From an uncultured virus (IMG/VR IMGVR_UViG_3300010998_001248) (lineage: Duplodnaviria; Heunggongvirae; Uroviricota; Caudoviricetes): DNA of 64,000 nt. The number at the start of each line of letters is the position of its first letter. Position 1 is the first letter of the stretch. Positions 39,531-50,589 of this stretch are shown here, in pieces. The notes under the pieces are model-generated. The model had not been told where the DNA came from. It saw nothing but the letters and a program-made list of their open reading frames with translations, and ran no database searches. A program made the translations under genes and the position numbers. Location: IMG/VR virus record IMGVR_UViG_3300010998_001248; one strand, written 5' to 3'.

Positions 39531-40818
39531 ACCTGTTCTTGCCTACTCCATTAAAACCACCAGTAACTTGATATTCTTTATTGATAGCGGCTTTATATTC
39601 TGATTTACACATATCTTTATATTTGCCATTTTCTTTAGGTAGACCTAATAATTCTCTTGCTTCATTCCTTGTAACTAAATCTGCATCAAAAATCTTTGTA
39701 ATCCTTGTTGTCTTTGCCATCTTTCTTGTTTCGTTATCCTCAAAGACATAACGGAACACAAGCTTCTGACCAAGACCTAAACGACAAATTACTTTCTTAT
39801 TGATATTTTCTTCAATTACTTTAGCAAGAGGTTTAATTGCTTCATCAATAATGTTCTCTTTCTGTTCATCAACAGTACTTCTATCAGTCTGAGAACCTTC
39901 ATTGAATCGTTTCGGATCAATGCCGAATGTGTAAGCGATAATCGTAATCAGAAAATGTTGCCATTGTAAATAAAGACCTTCATCATTAATGGCTGTCAAT
40001 TGATGTGTCTGAATACCATCAGAACCACCAACAATAGGAATCTTACCTGTACCATAAATCTCTTCCTCAAAGTATTTTCGGAATGCTACTACTTTGTTAT
40101 CATCAAGATTTTTTCCAAGGTTAAGAATGAACTTAGGAATTGCATTAGTTGATACTGTTCCTGCATATTCCTGTACATTAAGCAAGTAGTTGATTATATT
40201 AAAAGCACTCTCAAGAGGAGAAGTACCTAATGGAGAATATGTATAATCAATGGTTTTTAAATACATCAAGTCCTGATTTAATAAAGGTATTTTTTCAGTA
40301 CCATTCTTTTTATCCTGGTAATACCTTGGTGTATTCTCATTACCATTCCAGTTAGCATTATATTCAATGGTAAAACCATCTACCGGAAACAACCATATAG
40401 GTCTACTGTAATCACCACTACGGCAAACCTCTATAGCACCACAATCACCTGTTTCAATATCCTCTATTGCAGCACCTAACAAGCTTCTGTAAGTGTCACC
40501 ATTATTAGGATTTTCAATACAGTTTGAAATACAAGCTATCTCATCTTTGTAATCGTAAGCATCATCAAGATTACGTTTTTCAATTACCCAAGGTAAATTA
40601 AGTAAACCATTTTTTGTAATCTGAATCGCTCTGCGACACACAGGAATCTTAGCAAAGTTCCTTAAACATGCAGATGTAACAGGTTTTTTAATCAGGTTTC
40701 CAAGTCTTACAAGGCTAACACCATTGCTTTCATATATAATCACTGTTTCCCTGACAGGATTTTTCCTTGGTCTGCCAAAAAACAGTTCAAATTCCTTACC
40801 AGCTACTTTAAACTGCAA
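39478..40818 (-). CDS. Portal protein
   Basis: GTSPLE, FGIDP, TRNEARELLGLP; follows TerL. Confidence 0.88.
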   Translation of the reverse strand: MQFKVAGKEFELFFGRPRKNPVRETVIIYESNGVSLVRLGNLIKKPVTSACLRNFAKIPVCRRAIQITKNGLLNLPWVIEKRNLDDAYDYKDEIACISNCIENPNNGDTYRSLLGAAIEDIETGDCGAIEVCRSGDYSRPIWLFPVDGFTIEYNANWNGNENTPRYYQDKKNGTEKIPLLNQDLMYLKTIDYTYSPLGTSPLESAFNIINYLLNVQEYAGTVSTNAIPKFILNLGKNLDDNKVVAFRKYFEEEIYGTGKIPIVGGSDGIQTHQLTAINDEGLYLQWQHFLITIIAYTFGIDPKRFNEGSQTDRSTVDEQKENIIDEAIKPLAKVIEENINKKVICRLGLGQKLVFRYVFEDNETRKMAKTTRITKIFDADLVTRNEARELLGLPKENGKYKDMCKSEYKAAINKEYQVTGGFNGVGKNRYDDKTTQGGEGDNDSAE

Positions 40819-42427
40819 ACATCACACCTTCTTTCTTATTAGAAGCATTCAACATAGTTCCTACACTACCAAAACATAAACCTGTTGGTAATGATGCACT
40901 ACCTGTAGGATAGATGCATTCGATAGCAAACTTTAAAGCATCCATGCCATCATCAGAACCTTTGGGGAAACGCTTCATCTCATTAAGCAAGCGAGTTTGT
41001 GATGTATGGAATTTCAATGTGCCATTTTTTACAAAAGGTATTAAACCTTTTAATCGCAAGCCTTTTTCAATCGTTGATTGCATAGGCTCTATAGGTAAAG
41101 GCATATCCATTGCAATAGCTCTTTTAGCGCATTCCTGAGCAAAGAAAGCCTGGAACTGTACTGCTTCAATCCCTACCTTGACAAGCTTTTTGCGATACAT
41201 AATACACATACTGATTAAATCATCAATAATCTTATCCGGTTTACGCCTTGCTATGCTTGCGTTCAAGACATATAAGAGATTATCAGCACCTTTACCGATA
41301 ACTACGATTGCAGAAGTATCTGATTTAGCTTTCTTAGCTAATGAAGGGTCAACACCAATATATACACCAGTTATATCAGGTAATATTGTCCAGTAGCTAA
41401 ACCATTCCTCTTTGAAATCCCTTGTTGCTTCAGAAATCGGATCATTCTGATATTCTGAATCAAAAGATTCTGGATTCATAAAGCGGATTTTCATTAAATC
41501 ATAGTAATGGTCTTTCATCTTCTCAGCCCATAAAATCTTAGTACCCTTGAGCATTGCGTTTCTATGAGCATAGAAAAATTTCTCAGCTTTTGTACCAGCA
41601 TCAGGATTGTTTTCATCACGTAAGATGGCTTCCCATTTATCCCACAAAGGAGATTTTGAAAACTCATATACAGCCTGATATTTCTTTCTATCCCACATGG
41701 AATACTCAGGCATTGTCAGAACCTTGTTCAATAACGATTCATAATTTAAGACAGTTCCAATATAGAAAACTTTTTCATTGACAGAACCACAAGGCAATAA
41801 TGCTTTCTGAAACCAGTTCAATAATTTAGCTCTCTGAGCTTCTGTTTCTACATTTTCATCATTCTCTAAATCATCAATAATTATCTTATCAGGTCTGAAT
41901 TGTCTGTATTTGATACCTCTGAGCTTCTGACCAGCACCTTTACCGACAATCTGTATCTTATCCCTTGTGATTATTTTCTGCTGCGCCCATACGCTGCCTT
42001 CCTTGTTACCGAAAGTATCAAGTATCAGCTCATTCTCTGCTAATTCATCTTTGATAGCCATTACAAACTGTATAGCCTGTTCAGCAGTATCAGATACAAT
42101 CAGAATGTTCTTAGCATAGCCATATAAAGCACACCATAAAGGATAAGCAAAAGATAGAATCTGACTCTTACCATGACCACGAGGAGCAGCTCTCACAAAA
42201 TAATATTTTTCATTATTATTTTTTAAGGTCTGCTCTTCCAGCTTTTTAAAAACTTCTAAATGAAACTCACAAAATTCACCAGTGAATATATTGGGAAAGA
42301 AAGTTTTTGCGAATAAAGCTAAATCAGTAGCACATTCCATTTTTCTTTTCTCTGATACAGACTTAATGCCATTGCTATCATAATCATCAAGAATAGAAAA
42401 AACATTTATACTACCTATGTGCATCAA
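40808..42427 (-). CDS. terL: Terminase large subunit
   Basis: APRGHGKS Walker A, IIIDDLE Walker B, GVDPS...SD, DDGMDA nuclease motifs. Confidence 0.93.
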   Translation of the reverse strand: MMHIGSINVFSILDDYDSNGIKSVSEKRKMECATDLALFAKTFFPNIFTGEFCEFHLEVFKKLEEQTLKNNNEKYYFVRAAPRGHGKSQILSFAYPLWCALYGYAKNILIVSDTAEQAIQFVMAIKDELAENELILDTFGNKEGSVWAQQKIITRDKIQIVGKGAGQKLRGIKYRQFRPDKIIIDDLENDENVETEAQRAKLLNWFQKALLPCGSVNEKVFYIGTVLNYESLLNKVLTMPEYSMWDRKKYQAVYEFSKSPLWDKWEAILRDENNPDAGTKAEKFFYAHRNAMLKGTKILWAEKMKDHYYDLMKIRFMNPESFDSEYQNDPISEATRDFKEEWFSYWTILPDITGVYIGVDPSLAKKAKSDTSAIVVIGKGADNLLYVLNASIARRKPDKIIDDLISMCIMYRKKLVKVGIEAVQFQAFFAQECAKRAIAMDMPLPIEPMQSTIEKGLRLKGLIPFVKNGTLKFHTSQTRLLNEMKRFPKGSDDGMDALKFAIECIYPTGSASLPTGLCFGSVGTMLNASNKKEGVMFAV

Positions 42428-42789
42428 CCTCCTTCCTTTAGTGTTTCATGTAATTTTTTGCTTCTTTTTTCTTTTCTTTGGAATTGATTGTATTAATAAG
42501 ATATTTCTTCTTATTCTTTGTCTGTTCTTTATTACGTTTCTTTTTTACTGTTTTGAGCATTTTTGAATTTCATTATTGATTTACATAACATATTGAAGAA
42601 AAACAGATTTAAAAACATTTTGAATGCGTAATAAAGACAAACGCAACCAAGACCGCAAACCATAGTTGCGATAATTCCTAACGTACTTATGATTTTTCCC
42701 TCCTAAAATAAAAGAATCCGTACCACATATAATGATACGGATAAGTTGACCAGCTCCGAAAGCTGAAGTCCTTTTCACTCTTTAAATTA

Positions 42790-43410
42790 AAAACTGCTGT
42801 TACTACTCTTTTGTTTCACACAGCATTACAAATTTCGCTCTAATCAGTAATAACAGCAGTAGTGGCGATACGCTAAGTATCACCTTTGCACCTCAAGCGA
42901 GAGAGTGGTAGCGATACTCTCTCCAGAATACTCTTTCTACACATGGCAGACGAGCTTGTTGAGTAATTTCCGATCCGCACGAACCAGAACCCTCTATATA
43001 ATGAGTATGCCGTAGCATACCATTTGACTATAGGTAGAATTGCTTCATCTATAGTTCATGCCAAGATTAAAACCAGGAGTTGTGTAGAGATAGGAAATTG
43101 GACTCTTGCGAGTTAGTCATGTAGATATAAAAGAACTCCTGGTAGTGACGATTCGCTAAGAACCGTCATTGCACCATAGACCTCTACTTATACCACGCCG
43201 AGGTGAGCGTTCTTGGATAACTTATATACCGCCTACCATTTCTGGCGGCTGCTTATACGTGGAATATCCCCATATAAGACCGACTGGACACGCATGTTAC
43301 CAGTCCATTCAGTATTAAAACAGTTTTGATAGGCTCTGTAACCAAGATTAAAAGGAAGTTTTAGTTTTAAAGCTCACGAACCACGCCAAGGTACTTCCGG
43401 TTATCGTGAG
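42790..43410 (-). ncRNA. Candidate large ornate structured RNA (ROOL/GOLLD-like by size and context)
   Basis: About 620 nt with no ORF of 60 aa or more and many perfect stems, starting right after tRNA-Ile and ending in a stem plus U run; family not confirmed. Confidence 0.6.
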
Positions 43411-43412
43411 AT

Positions 43413-43487
43413 TGGTAGTTGCTATAGGAGTTGAACCTATATCTATCGCTTATAAGGCGATTGCTCTAACCACTGAGCTAAACAACT
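43413..43487 (-). tRNA. tRNA-Ile(UAU)
   Basis: Anticodon arm ATCGC-CTTATAA-GCGAT, GGTTCAA T-loop, encoded CCA. Confidence 0.88.
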
Positions 43488-43490
43488 ATA

Positions 43491-43581
43491 TGGAGGAAGT
43501 AACAGGACTTGAACCTGTACATGGTATGACCACTACTGGAAGTTTAGCAAACTTCTACCTTACCATTAGGTTTATACTTCC
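43491..43581 (-). tRNA. tRNA-Ser(GCU)
   Basis: GAAGT-TTGCTAA-ACTTC, long variable arm, CCA. Confidence 0.88.
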
Positions 43582-43586
43582 TTATA

Positions 43587-43662
43587 TGGCTCAGATAGCA
43601 GGAATCGAACCTACAACATTCTCCTTAACAGGGAGCTACTCTACCTATTGAGCTATATCTGA
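43587..43662 (-). tRNA. tRNA-Asn(GUU)
   Basis: CTCC-CTGTTAA-GGAG, GGTTCGATTCC, GCCA end. Confidence 0.9.
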
Positions 43663-43665
43663 GTA

Positions 43666-43741
43666 TGGAGCTGGCGATAGGAATTGAACCTACAACCTTC
43701 TGATTAAAAGTCAGATGCTCTGCCTATTGAGCTACACCAGC
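43666..43741 (-). tRNA. tRNA-Lys(UUU)
   Basis: TCTGA-CTTTTAA-TCAGA, CCA. Confidence 0.9.
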
Positions 43742-43742
43742 A

Positions 43743-43818
43743 TGGTAGCGGATGTGAGAATCGAACTCACCTTAACTGACTTATGAGGACAGGAAAGCAA
43801 CCTTGCTTAATATCCGCA
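43743..43818 (-). tRNA. tRNA-Met(CAU), atypical (1:72 mismatch, non-standard D arm)
   Basis: CTCATAA loop, GTTCGATTC T-loop, ACCA end. Confidence 0.7.
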
Positions 43819-44052
43819 ATATTGTTATCGGTTTCAGAGCTAACCGATAAACTCATTATGTCAACCAAGAAGAAGTAAAAGGAGGAGGAAAACTTCTATA
43901 TATTGGCTAATCAGCAAAATAAATGCGATAACACCATGATTACCGCATCTTCCTTAGCATCCGCAAACGCTAAGGGCATTTTCAAGAGAGGAGATGCCAT
44001 TCAAATAAACAGCATCACAATAAAGCTCAATCCACAAAAGCTTTATCAAGAA

Positions 44053-44081
44053 ATAAAAACGGAGAGGTTAGCTACCTCTCC
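44053..44081 (-). terminator. Intrinsic terminator
   Basis: GGAGAGGT-AGCTA-ACCTCTCC followed by GTTTTTATTT on the minus strand. Confidence 0.7.
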
Positions 44082-45826
44082 CCACTGGCTTTAAGGAAAC
44101 TCAGACTATTATGTTCGTCAACATGCAAGTCTTACAAACGAACATCCAGCTACTACTTGTACTTCGTAAGATTCTGTTTACTGTGCTTAATTTTTATGTG
44201 TCCAAGATTTAGGCTTTATAAACACCTGTTAGAACAACACATTAGTCAGTCACATATCGTCTGCACCAGTTCTATGACCACAAGGTTAGAATACCGGAAA
44301 AGTTCCTGTGATCTAAAACTAATCGGCATGATTCTCATTTTACAAGCGAATCAAAGACTTGTTTATATGTAAATGCCTTTTCAGGTCACTTCATATCAGA
44401 AACATCATTTATTTTTGTCAAAATCCATAAAAACACATATAGTTTTGAACTATATCTTTAATGATTAGTATGATTAATCGTGTAGAAAATCATAATCATC
44501 AAAAACAGGTATTTTTATGAATTATAATCTATTCTTTAAATCAAGACAGCAATGATTCAAATATGAATGATTACATAGATTAAATAAATAATATTTTTTT
44601 TAGAGTAATATATAAGAATCTTGCAAAGCAAGATTCTGTGTCTACGCTTTCAACTTCAACTTACGTTTCGTTGAAACCTGTAGACTATCGTATTCATTCG
44701 GTTAAAGTTCCGATAGTCACTTTAACCTCTTGAATACTCTTTGAATTTTAATGATTACTCACTACGTTCATAATCATTAAAATTCTTGTTATCTTGATTT
44801 ACCCTTCTATATATATACGTCCTTTTTGACATTTATGGTAGTTTTTATAAAAATTGTGGATAACTTTTAGAATCAGACGCAACACCCTTGATTAAAAATG
44901 TACCGATTCAGATTTTACCTACATCTTGATTAGTCTTTTTGATTTTATGTGTTACGGCTATATGATCTACAGAGTTCATAAATAGTTCCAAAATACAGGT
45001 AAATCCATTGATTATGACAGGAATTGTTTAATTTATGAATCAGACGATATAACAATAGCCGTAACAGTTAATTTAACACTTGATTTTTAAGGAGTAAAAA
45101 TGTTTAAAATGCAGATATTATGCTGATTATAGGAGTTTTATGAGTAGTTTTTATTGTAACATGAGTATAACGATTAGAAATGGTAGTGATAGTGATAATA
45201 GAATACAGATTAATCTAACACAGCCAGGTCGATTTGAACGAACGGCTGTTTGGTTTAAAAAATCTTACCAGGCTATTACATGTTGTGTATATGGATAAAT
45301 GCAGCAATACCACATAGCTACCGACTTTTTAATATCCTATAATTTATATTATCGGATATTTTCCTATAGTTTACTATGATTAACTATGTAGTTAACTATA
45401 CTTTTATATCATACTATTCCGGTATGATTATAGTGATTATTTTTAAATAGCGACTCCAGAAAAAACGCTTGCATAGTATAAACAGGCTGATTTACAAAAT
45501 TTTACTCTAATTGCCAAAAAATCTATTTATCGTATTATGCTACTTTAATCATAAAATTATGACCTGCTCATAATACTTGATACTATTACTAACTAACAAT
45601 AATATATTAACTATACTATAAATATATATAAATATATTCGACTCTATCATATATAACCAGGATAATATATATCTATATATTATATCATATATTCATTTAC
45701 TTGTCAATACTCCATTATGTATTATCATATACAATAACACTATATAGCGATATATCATAATAACTATGATAATAACTATATATAGTAAAAACTTTATAAA
45801 AATATTAAAATATTAACTATAACTAC

Positions 45827-45855
45827 TTGACAAATACGCTAAACTATACTATAAT
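45827..45855 (+). promoter_or_regulatory. Consensus sigma-A promoter of the first early-type operon
   Basis: TTGACA-17 nt-TATAAT. Confidence 0.8.
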
Positions 45856-45921
45856 ATAGTTAGTAAAGAAAGTAAAGTTAATTACAGAAATATTAAAGTA
45901 AAAATATGGAGGTATTAAAAA

Positions 45922-46017
45922 ATGGTTGAAAAGATTGCAGACAAGTTTACTAACAATGCAGAGTATCTATTAGCAATTGATTTATTAGTAGCATTCATGA
46001 TGTATTTAAAATATTAA
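45922..46017 (+). CDS. 31-aa hydrophobic peptide (absent from the ORF track)
   Basis: GGAGGT RBS; MVEKIADKFTNNAEYLLAIDLLVAFMMYLKY. Confidence 0.5.
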   Translation: MVEKIADKFTNNAEYLLAIDLLVAFMMYLKY

Positions 46018-46023
46018 AAGGGA

Positions 46024-47413
46024 GTGAACAACATGAAAATTATAGTAAATGATAATATATTAAATTATGAAACTGTTAATATAACTTCATATAGCAGAAT
46101 CACAAATTTTGAGTTTTCCTATAGTGACAGATACAACCAAAATAAACACTACGTTGTTAAACGTGATAAAAACAGGCATTATTATTTCCAGGAATTTATA
46201 TATTTTAAACCAGTATCAAAAGTAACCAGAGTTTACAAAAATTTTATCGAATCCGTTTTAGATATTAAAATCACTATTCAAAAATAAGATAGAACATTAA
46301 AAGAAGGGAGAAATTAAAAATGACAGTATTTGAAACTAATATTTTAAGAAATGGTAAAATCATTATTAATAATTTACCAGAAAAAGTAAAAACAGATTTA
46401 TTAGAAAGAATTGCAATATATTATAATAATAAGTATTTAGCAAAACTTAATGTAAATAATACAATGTATGCAGGAATTGCAAAAAATAATGCTTATGTTT
46501 TATACGGTTTTATTAGCTGCTTAGAATCTGCTGATATTATCGACAACAACAAAAGTTATATTTTAAAAAATTTCATTGATATATTATCTAAAAAAAAATG
46601 ACATTGTTAATAATTCCAGCGATATAGCAATTTATGAGAATTTATTAAACTATTTTAAATAACCAGAAGTATAGGGAGGTAAAAATAATATGAATGAATT
46701 TAAAATCACTTCTAAAAATTGGAGTCTAAAAAACATAGCAAACTTCATTTTTAATGAATGCTCACAAAACACATTAACAGGTCAATGGTTAATAACTTTT
46801 GATGAAATCGAAAACAGATATAATATAAAACTTACTCAAGAAATGATAAAAGAAATTGAAACAATCCTATATAAAATTTATGGCAATGCTATTTTAGATA
46901 CAATTATCACAAATGAAGGTTTTGATATAAATATAGGCGGTTTTTATTATGAATCGGATTGTCAAGAATATTTAACAGATGAAGAGGATGAATATAATGT
47001 TTGATTTAATACCATATTATAATTACAAATATGAATACAATTTATTTAATCATAAATACAATAATATTGAAGTTAACAAAATTTGTAAGATGATGTTCCA
47101 AGCGAACGAAACAAAACTGAACGAATTATTTAAACCAGAATATAAAATACAACATATTTTAACAATCAATTACAATAACATTAAAGCATTTATAAAAATT
47201 ATTTGTGAAAGCTTTTTCCCTGCTACTATAGCAAAATGTAAAATATTAAATGGTATCATGAAAAAGTCGAACGTTGCATACAATTCTATTTTATACGATA
47301 TTATAACATACTTGAAAAACACTATTGAAAACACAAAAGAAGATAAAATAAAAAACAGATTGGAAAGAAACAGAAATTTTTTTGCTAAACAATATTTATT
47401 AAAAAGAAGATAA
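46024..47413 (+). CDS. Four small AT-rich hypothetical genes (46024-46287, 46320-46601, 46690-47004, 46979-47413)
   Basis: Each has a GGAG/GAGG RBS; closed by a terminator at 47429-47453. Confidence 0.7.
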
Positions 47414-47428
47414 ATAAAATATTTTACA

Positions 47429-47453
47429 AGCTGCTATTTTTAGCAGCTTTTTT
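47429..47453 (+). terminator. Intrinsic terminator
   Basis: AAGCTGCTA-TTTT-TAGCAGCTT followed by T run. Confidence 0.8.
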
Positions 47454-48008
47454 TATTGCCTGCATTCGATCCGGATTATATGAACGATTATTCAAATATA
47501 ATACTTTATTATGTGAAAGTAAGAATCAGCAGTATTTTTGAATCACAATTTTATTAATTTGTCAATAGGTAAATGCAATATTTTTGTGAAAAATTTGTGA
47601 AAAATACAGGTTTACACTTTTTTCTTACAATGTTACACATTTTTTGCTTGACAAATTTTTATATACTTATTTAGTTTATTTTATAACATATATACGAAAA
47701 TATCGAACGTTTAAAATCGGCTGTAATGCCCGTAAAAAGTTTTCTTAATATAAATACTTGCGTAAAACCGGATCGACGTTACAGAGCATTTTGGAGCGTT
47801 TTGACGGTATTTGTTTACTTTAATATATTAAAGTTTCCTATTTTGCGATATTTTAGTAAAAGTAATTAAAAATTTTACTTGACAAAATAATAAAAATATG
47901 CTTGTATATGCAGCTTTTATCCTGGTTTATTATGTTTTTATCGTTTTTGTGGTTTACTATAATTAACACAATATATAGTATTAAAGTAAATAATTTTATA
48001 AAAATCAC

Positions 48009-48037
48009 TTGACTTTTACTATAATATATACTATAAT
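48009..48037 (+). promoter_or_regulatory. Near-consensus sigma-A promoter of the second early-type operon
   Basis: TTGACT-17 nt-TATAAT. Confidence 0.75.
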
Positions 48038-48164
48038 TACTATAGTAAGAATGATAAGGAAATTAAACCAGGAACAAAAGACAATTCAAAAGGAGGAAGA
48101 TAAAAACAATATTTTTTAAACATTAATATTAACTATAATAAATTAATAAAGGAGTGAAAATTAA

Positions 48165-48779
48165 ATGAGAACAATAACAAAAACAATTAATTTATATCAA
48201 TATAGCGAATTAAGCCAAAAAGCAAAAGAAAAAGTATTAAGTGATTTACATGATATAAATACAGATTATGACTGGTATGATTTTATTTTTGATGATTTTA
48301 TGGAGAGATGTGAAAATTTAGGAATCACAGTAAAATACAGCGATATTGAATTTTCCGGTTTTTGTAGTCAGGGAGATGGAGCCTGCTTTACTACAGATTT
48401 TATAGATATTAAAAAAATTATCGAAGTATTGAAAATTGAATTTAGAAATGATTTTTTAAAAAACTTATTCATAGATTATTTTGACACATACAAAATTATA
48501 AAAATATCAAATTACTATTCACATGAATATACAGTAGCCGTACATTATGAAGATGAATTTAATTATAACCATGGTGGAAGTTATAAAAGAATAGCCGATT
48601 ATTTAGAAAGAAAAGGTGAGGAAATAGAAAACAAATTAGAATCATTAAAAAATCAATTGTGCAGAAAATTATATAGCGACTTGCAAAACGAATATGAATA
48701 TTTGACAAGCGAAGAAGCAATATTAGAAACAATCGAAGCGAACGAATACGAATTTACCGAAGAAGGTGAAATTTACTAA
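48165..48779 (+). CDS. Acidic conserved phage/plasmid early protein
   Basis: ELS..AKEK, FSGFCSQGDGACF and EYEYLTSEEAI.ETIEANEYEF motifs; function not known to me. Confidence 0.65.
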   Translation: MRTITKTINLYQYSELSQKAKEKVLSDLHDINTDYDWYDFIFDDFMERCENLGITVKYSDIEFSGFCSQGDGACFTTDFIDIKKIIEVLKIEFRNDFLKNLFIDYFDTYKIIKISNYYSHEYTVAVHYEDEFNYNHGGSYKRIADYLERKGEEIENKLESLKNQLCRKLYSDLQNEYEYLTSEEAILETIEANEYEFTEEGEIY

Positions 48780-48839
48780 TATTTTTTTACAAAAAAGATT
48801 AACTTTAATAACTTAGATAGTATAAGGGAGGAAATTTAT

Positions 48840-49551
48840 ATGAATACTTTAGAACAAATTAAACAAGCGGAAAAAGCTTTTATTATCTGTTTAAATCCGG
48901 AATCGAACAGTATAAATACAAGGTATGCAATCTATACACAAAATAAAAATGATACTAAATTAAATGTAATCTGGTGTTTAGAAATTGACTATGAAAACCA
49001 TAAAAAAGATAAATTGTTACCTTATCAGGTTTATTTTAAATCAAGTAAATGGAAATATCCGGCTTATCATTTTGTGGTAAATGGTTATGGATTTAATAAA
49101 CAATTAGAATTAAAAACCATGCTGCAAAAGATTAATAAAAATATTAAAGTTTATAATTTTGTTCCTGGCTATGCAATTCATGAAATATAAGGGAGGATTA
49201 TAAAAAATGACTAAAGCAAAAGTTACTAATAAATGGTTAAAAGCAAATTTCAATATTATCAAAATTTGTTATTGTGATTTACAGCACTTGTTAGATTATT
49301 TTAAACCAATGTATTATACATGTGGTATTTATGGCTGGAATTGTGACGTTTATGTAATTGATTATAATAATGTAATTTGTACAGGATATAGAACACCAGA
49401 AGGAAATATTAAATTCAATTATAGTATTGTAAGAAAGTATGAAGAAGAAGCTATGAAGCTATACTACAATAATAATATGGATTATCAGGAAAAGAAAAGA
49501 CAAGCGGAAAAATTATTAAATGATTTTATCAGTGAAGTAAAGGGAGAATAA
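48840..49551 (+). CDS. Two small hypothetical genes (48840-49190, 49207-49551)
   Basis: GGGAGG RBS each; the second has a YTCGIYGWNCDVY motif. Confidence 0.7.
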
Positions 49552-49740
49552 TAAAATGAAAGATATTTTTGAATCAAGAGTGTATATATATAAAGTCGAA
49601 TGGTTAAAAAATTCGATTAATGGAAATGCTGTTGGCGGCGGGCAGAACAACCACTCAAAGGGCGGCGAAAAACGACCAATTTTGGGTAAACTAAGAAACC
49701 AACAACTCAGTTTACTCAATTTATTTTCAAATAGATTCGC

Positions 49741-50589
49741 TTAACGTGGCGAATTTTGTGCAGACACAGGTGCATTCACCTTGGTAGTCTGTACGGAAAT
49801 CGTTTCGCAGTTACTGCCACGGAAGCTGTTTCCTTTTATGGTAATTACCGTTGCAGTATCAAAAATTCTGTCCAACGCACATAACAGTGCGTCGTCTTCA
49901 CTGAAGTCACTTCGCCATTCAGATGGGTACTTGTTGCTGGTAAATACAATATTGAAACTGCCTTCTTTGTTATATCGGCGATCGACCAGATCAAAGAACA
50001 GTCTCGTGTTCTCCTTATCGAATGCACAATGGCCGACTTCGTCAATTATCAAACACGAAGGTCGTACCAGGCTGTTCAGTACAGCGGCAGTTTTACCGGC
50101 GCGTCTGGCTGCTGTAAATCTGTCCCTCAGCTCAGACATCTTAATGAAATAGGTCCTAAGGCCATGGTTGCAGCATTCATAGCCAAACGCTTTGGCCAGA
50201 TGGGTTTTCCCTGTACCTGCCGGACCAATAAACGCTATATTCTTGTGGGCATAAACCGCAGATAAAGTCTGCAGGTTGCGAATCTGGTCCACATTTTTTC
50301 CCCGAAGCAGCGAGAAGTCAAAATTCTGAAATGTCTTCGGATTTTTAATAGATAACCGACTGAACCGCAGCAAAGCCAAAATTGTATTAGCAGCTTTCTT
50401 CTGTTGGATATGTTCTAAGATGAAAGCTACTGCCTGGGCTGCGTCTTCGGACATTGCTTTTTCTTCCGCCAATTCCGCAAACTCTTTCGAAGAAAACGGC
50501 AATTGTAATACTCTGCAGCTTTCTTCAATTGTTTCGAATATGGTTTTATTCATCCTGCTCACCGCCTTTATCGAAATTGAATTTTTCAA
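49741..50589 (-). CDS. istB: IS21 helper ATPase
   Basis: GPAGTGKTHLA, LIIDEVG, TSN, ALDRI, GNSFR. Confidence 0.93.
   Translation of the reverse strand: MKNSISIKAVSRMNKTIFETIEESCRVLQLPFSSKEFAELAEEKAMSEDAAQAVAFILEHIQQKKAANTILALLRFSRLSIKNPKTFQNFDFSLLRGKNVDQIRNLQTLSAVYAHKNIAFIGPAGTGKTHLAKAFGYECCNHGLRTYFIKMSELRDRFTAARRAGKTAAVLNSLVRPSCLIIDEVGHCAFDKENTRLFFDLVDRRYNKEGSFNIVFTSNKYPSEWRSDFSEDDALLCALDRIFDTATVITIKGNSFRGSNCETISVQTTKVNAPVSAQNSPR

Noticed and set aside
44100..44250. Group I intron (GACUA/UAGUC P7-like pairing) or tmRNA
   Set aside because: There is no interrupted host gene, the other core elements are not convincing, and there are no tRNA-like ends; kept only as an unassigned structured RNA.
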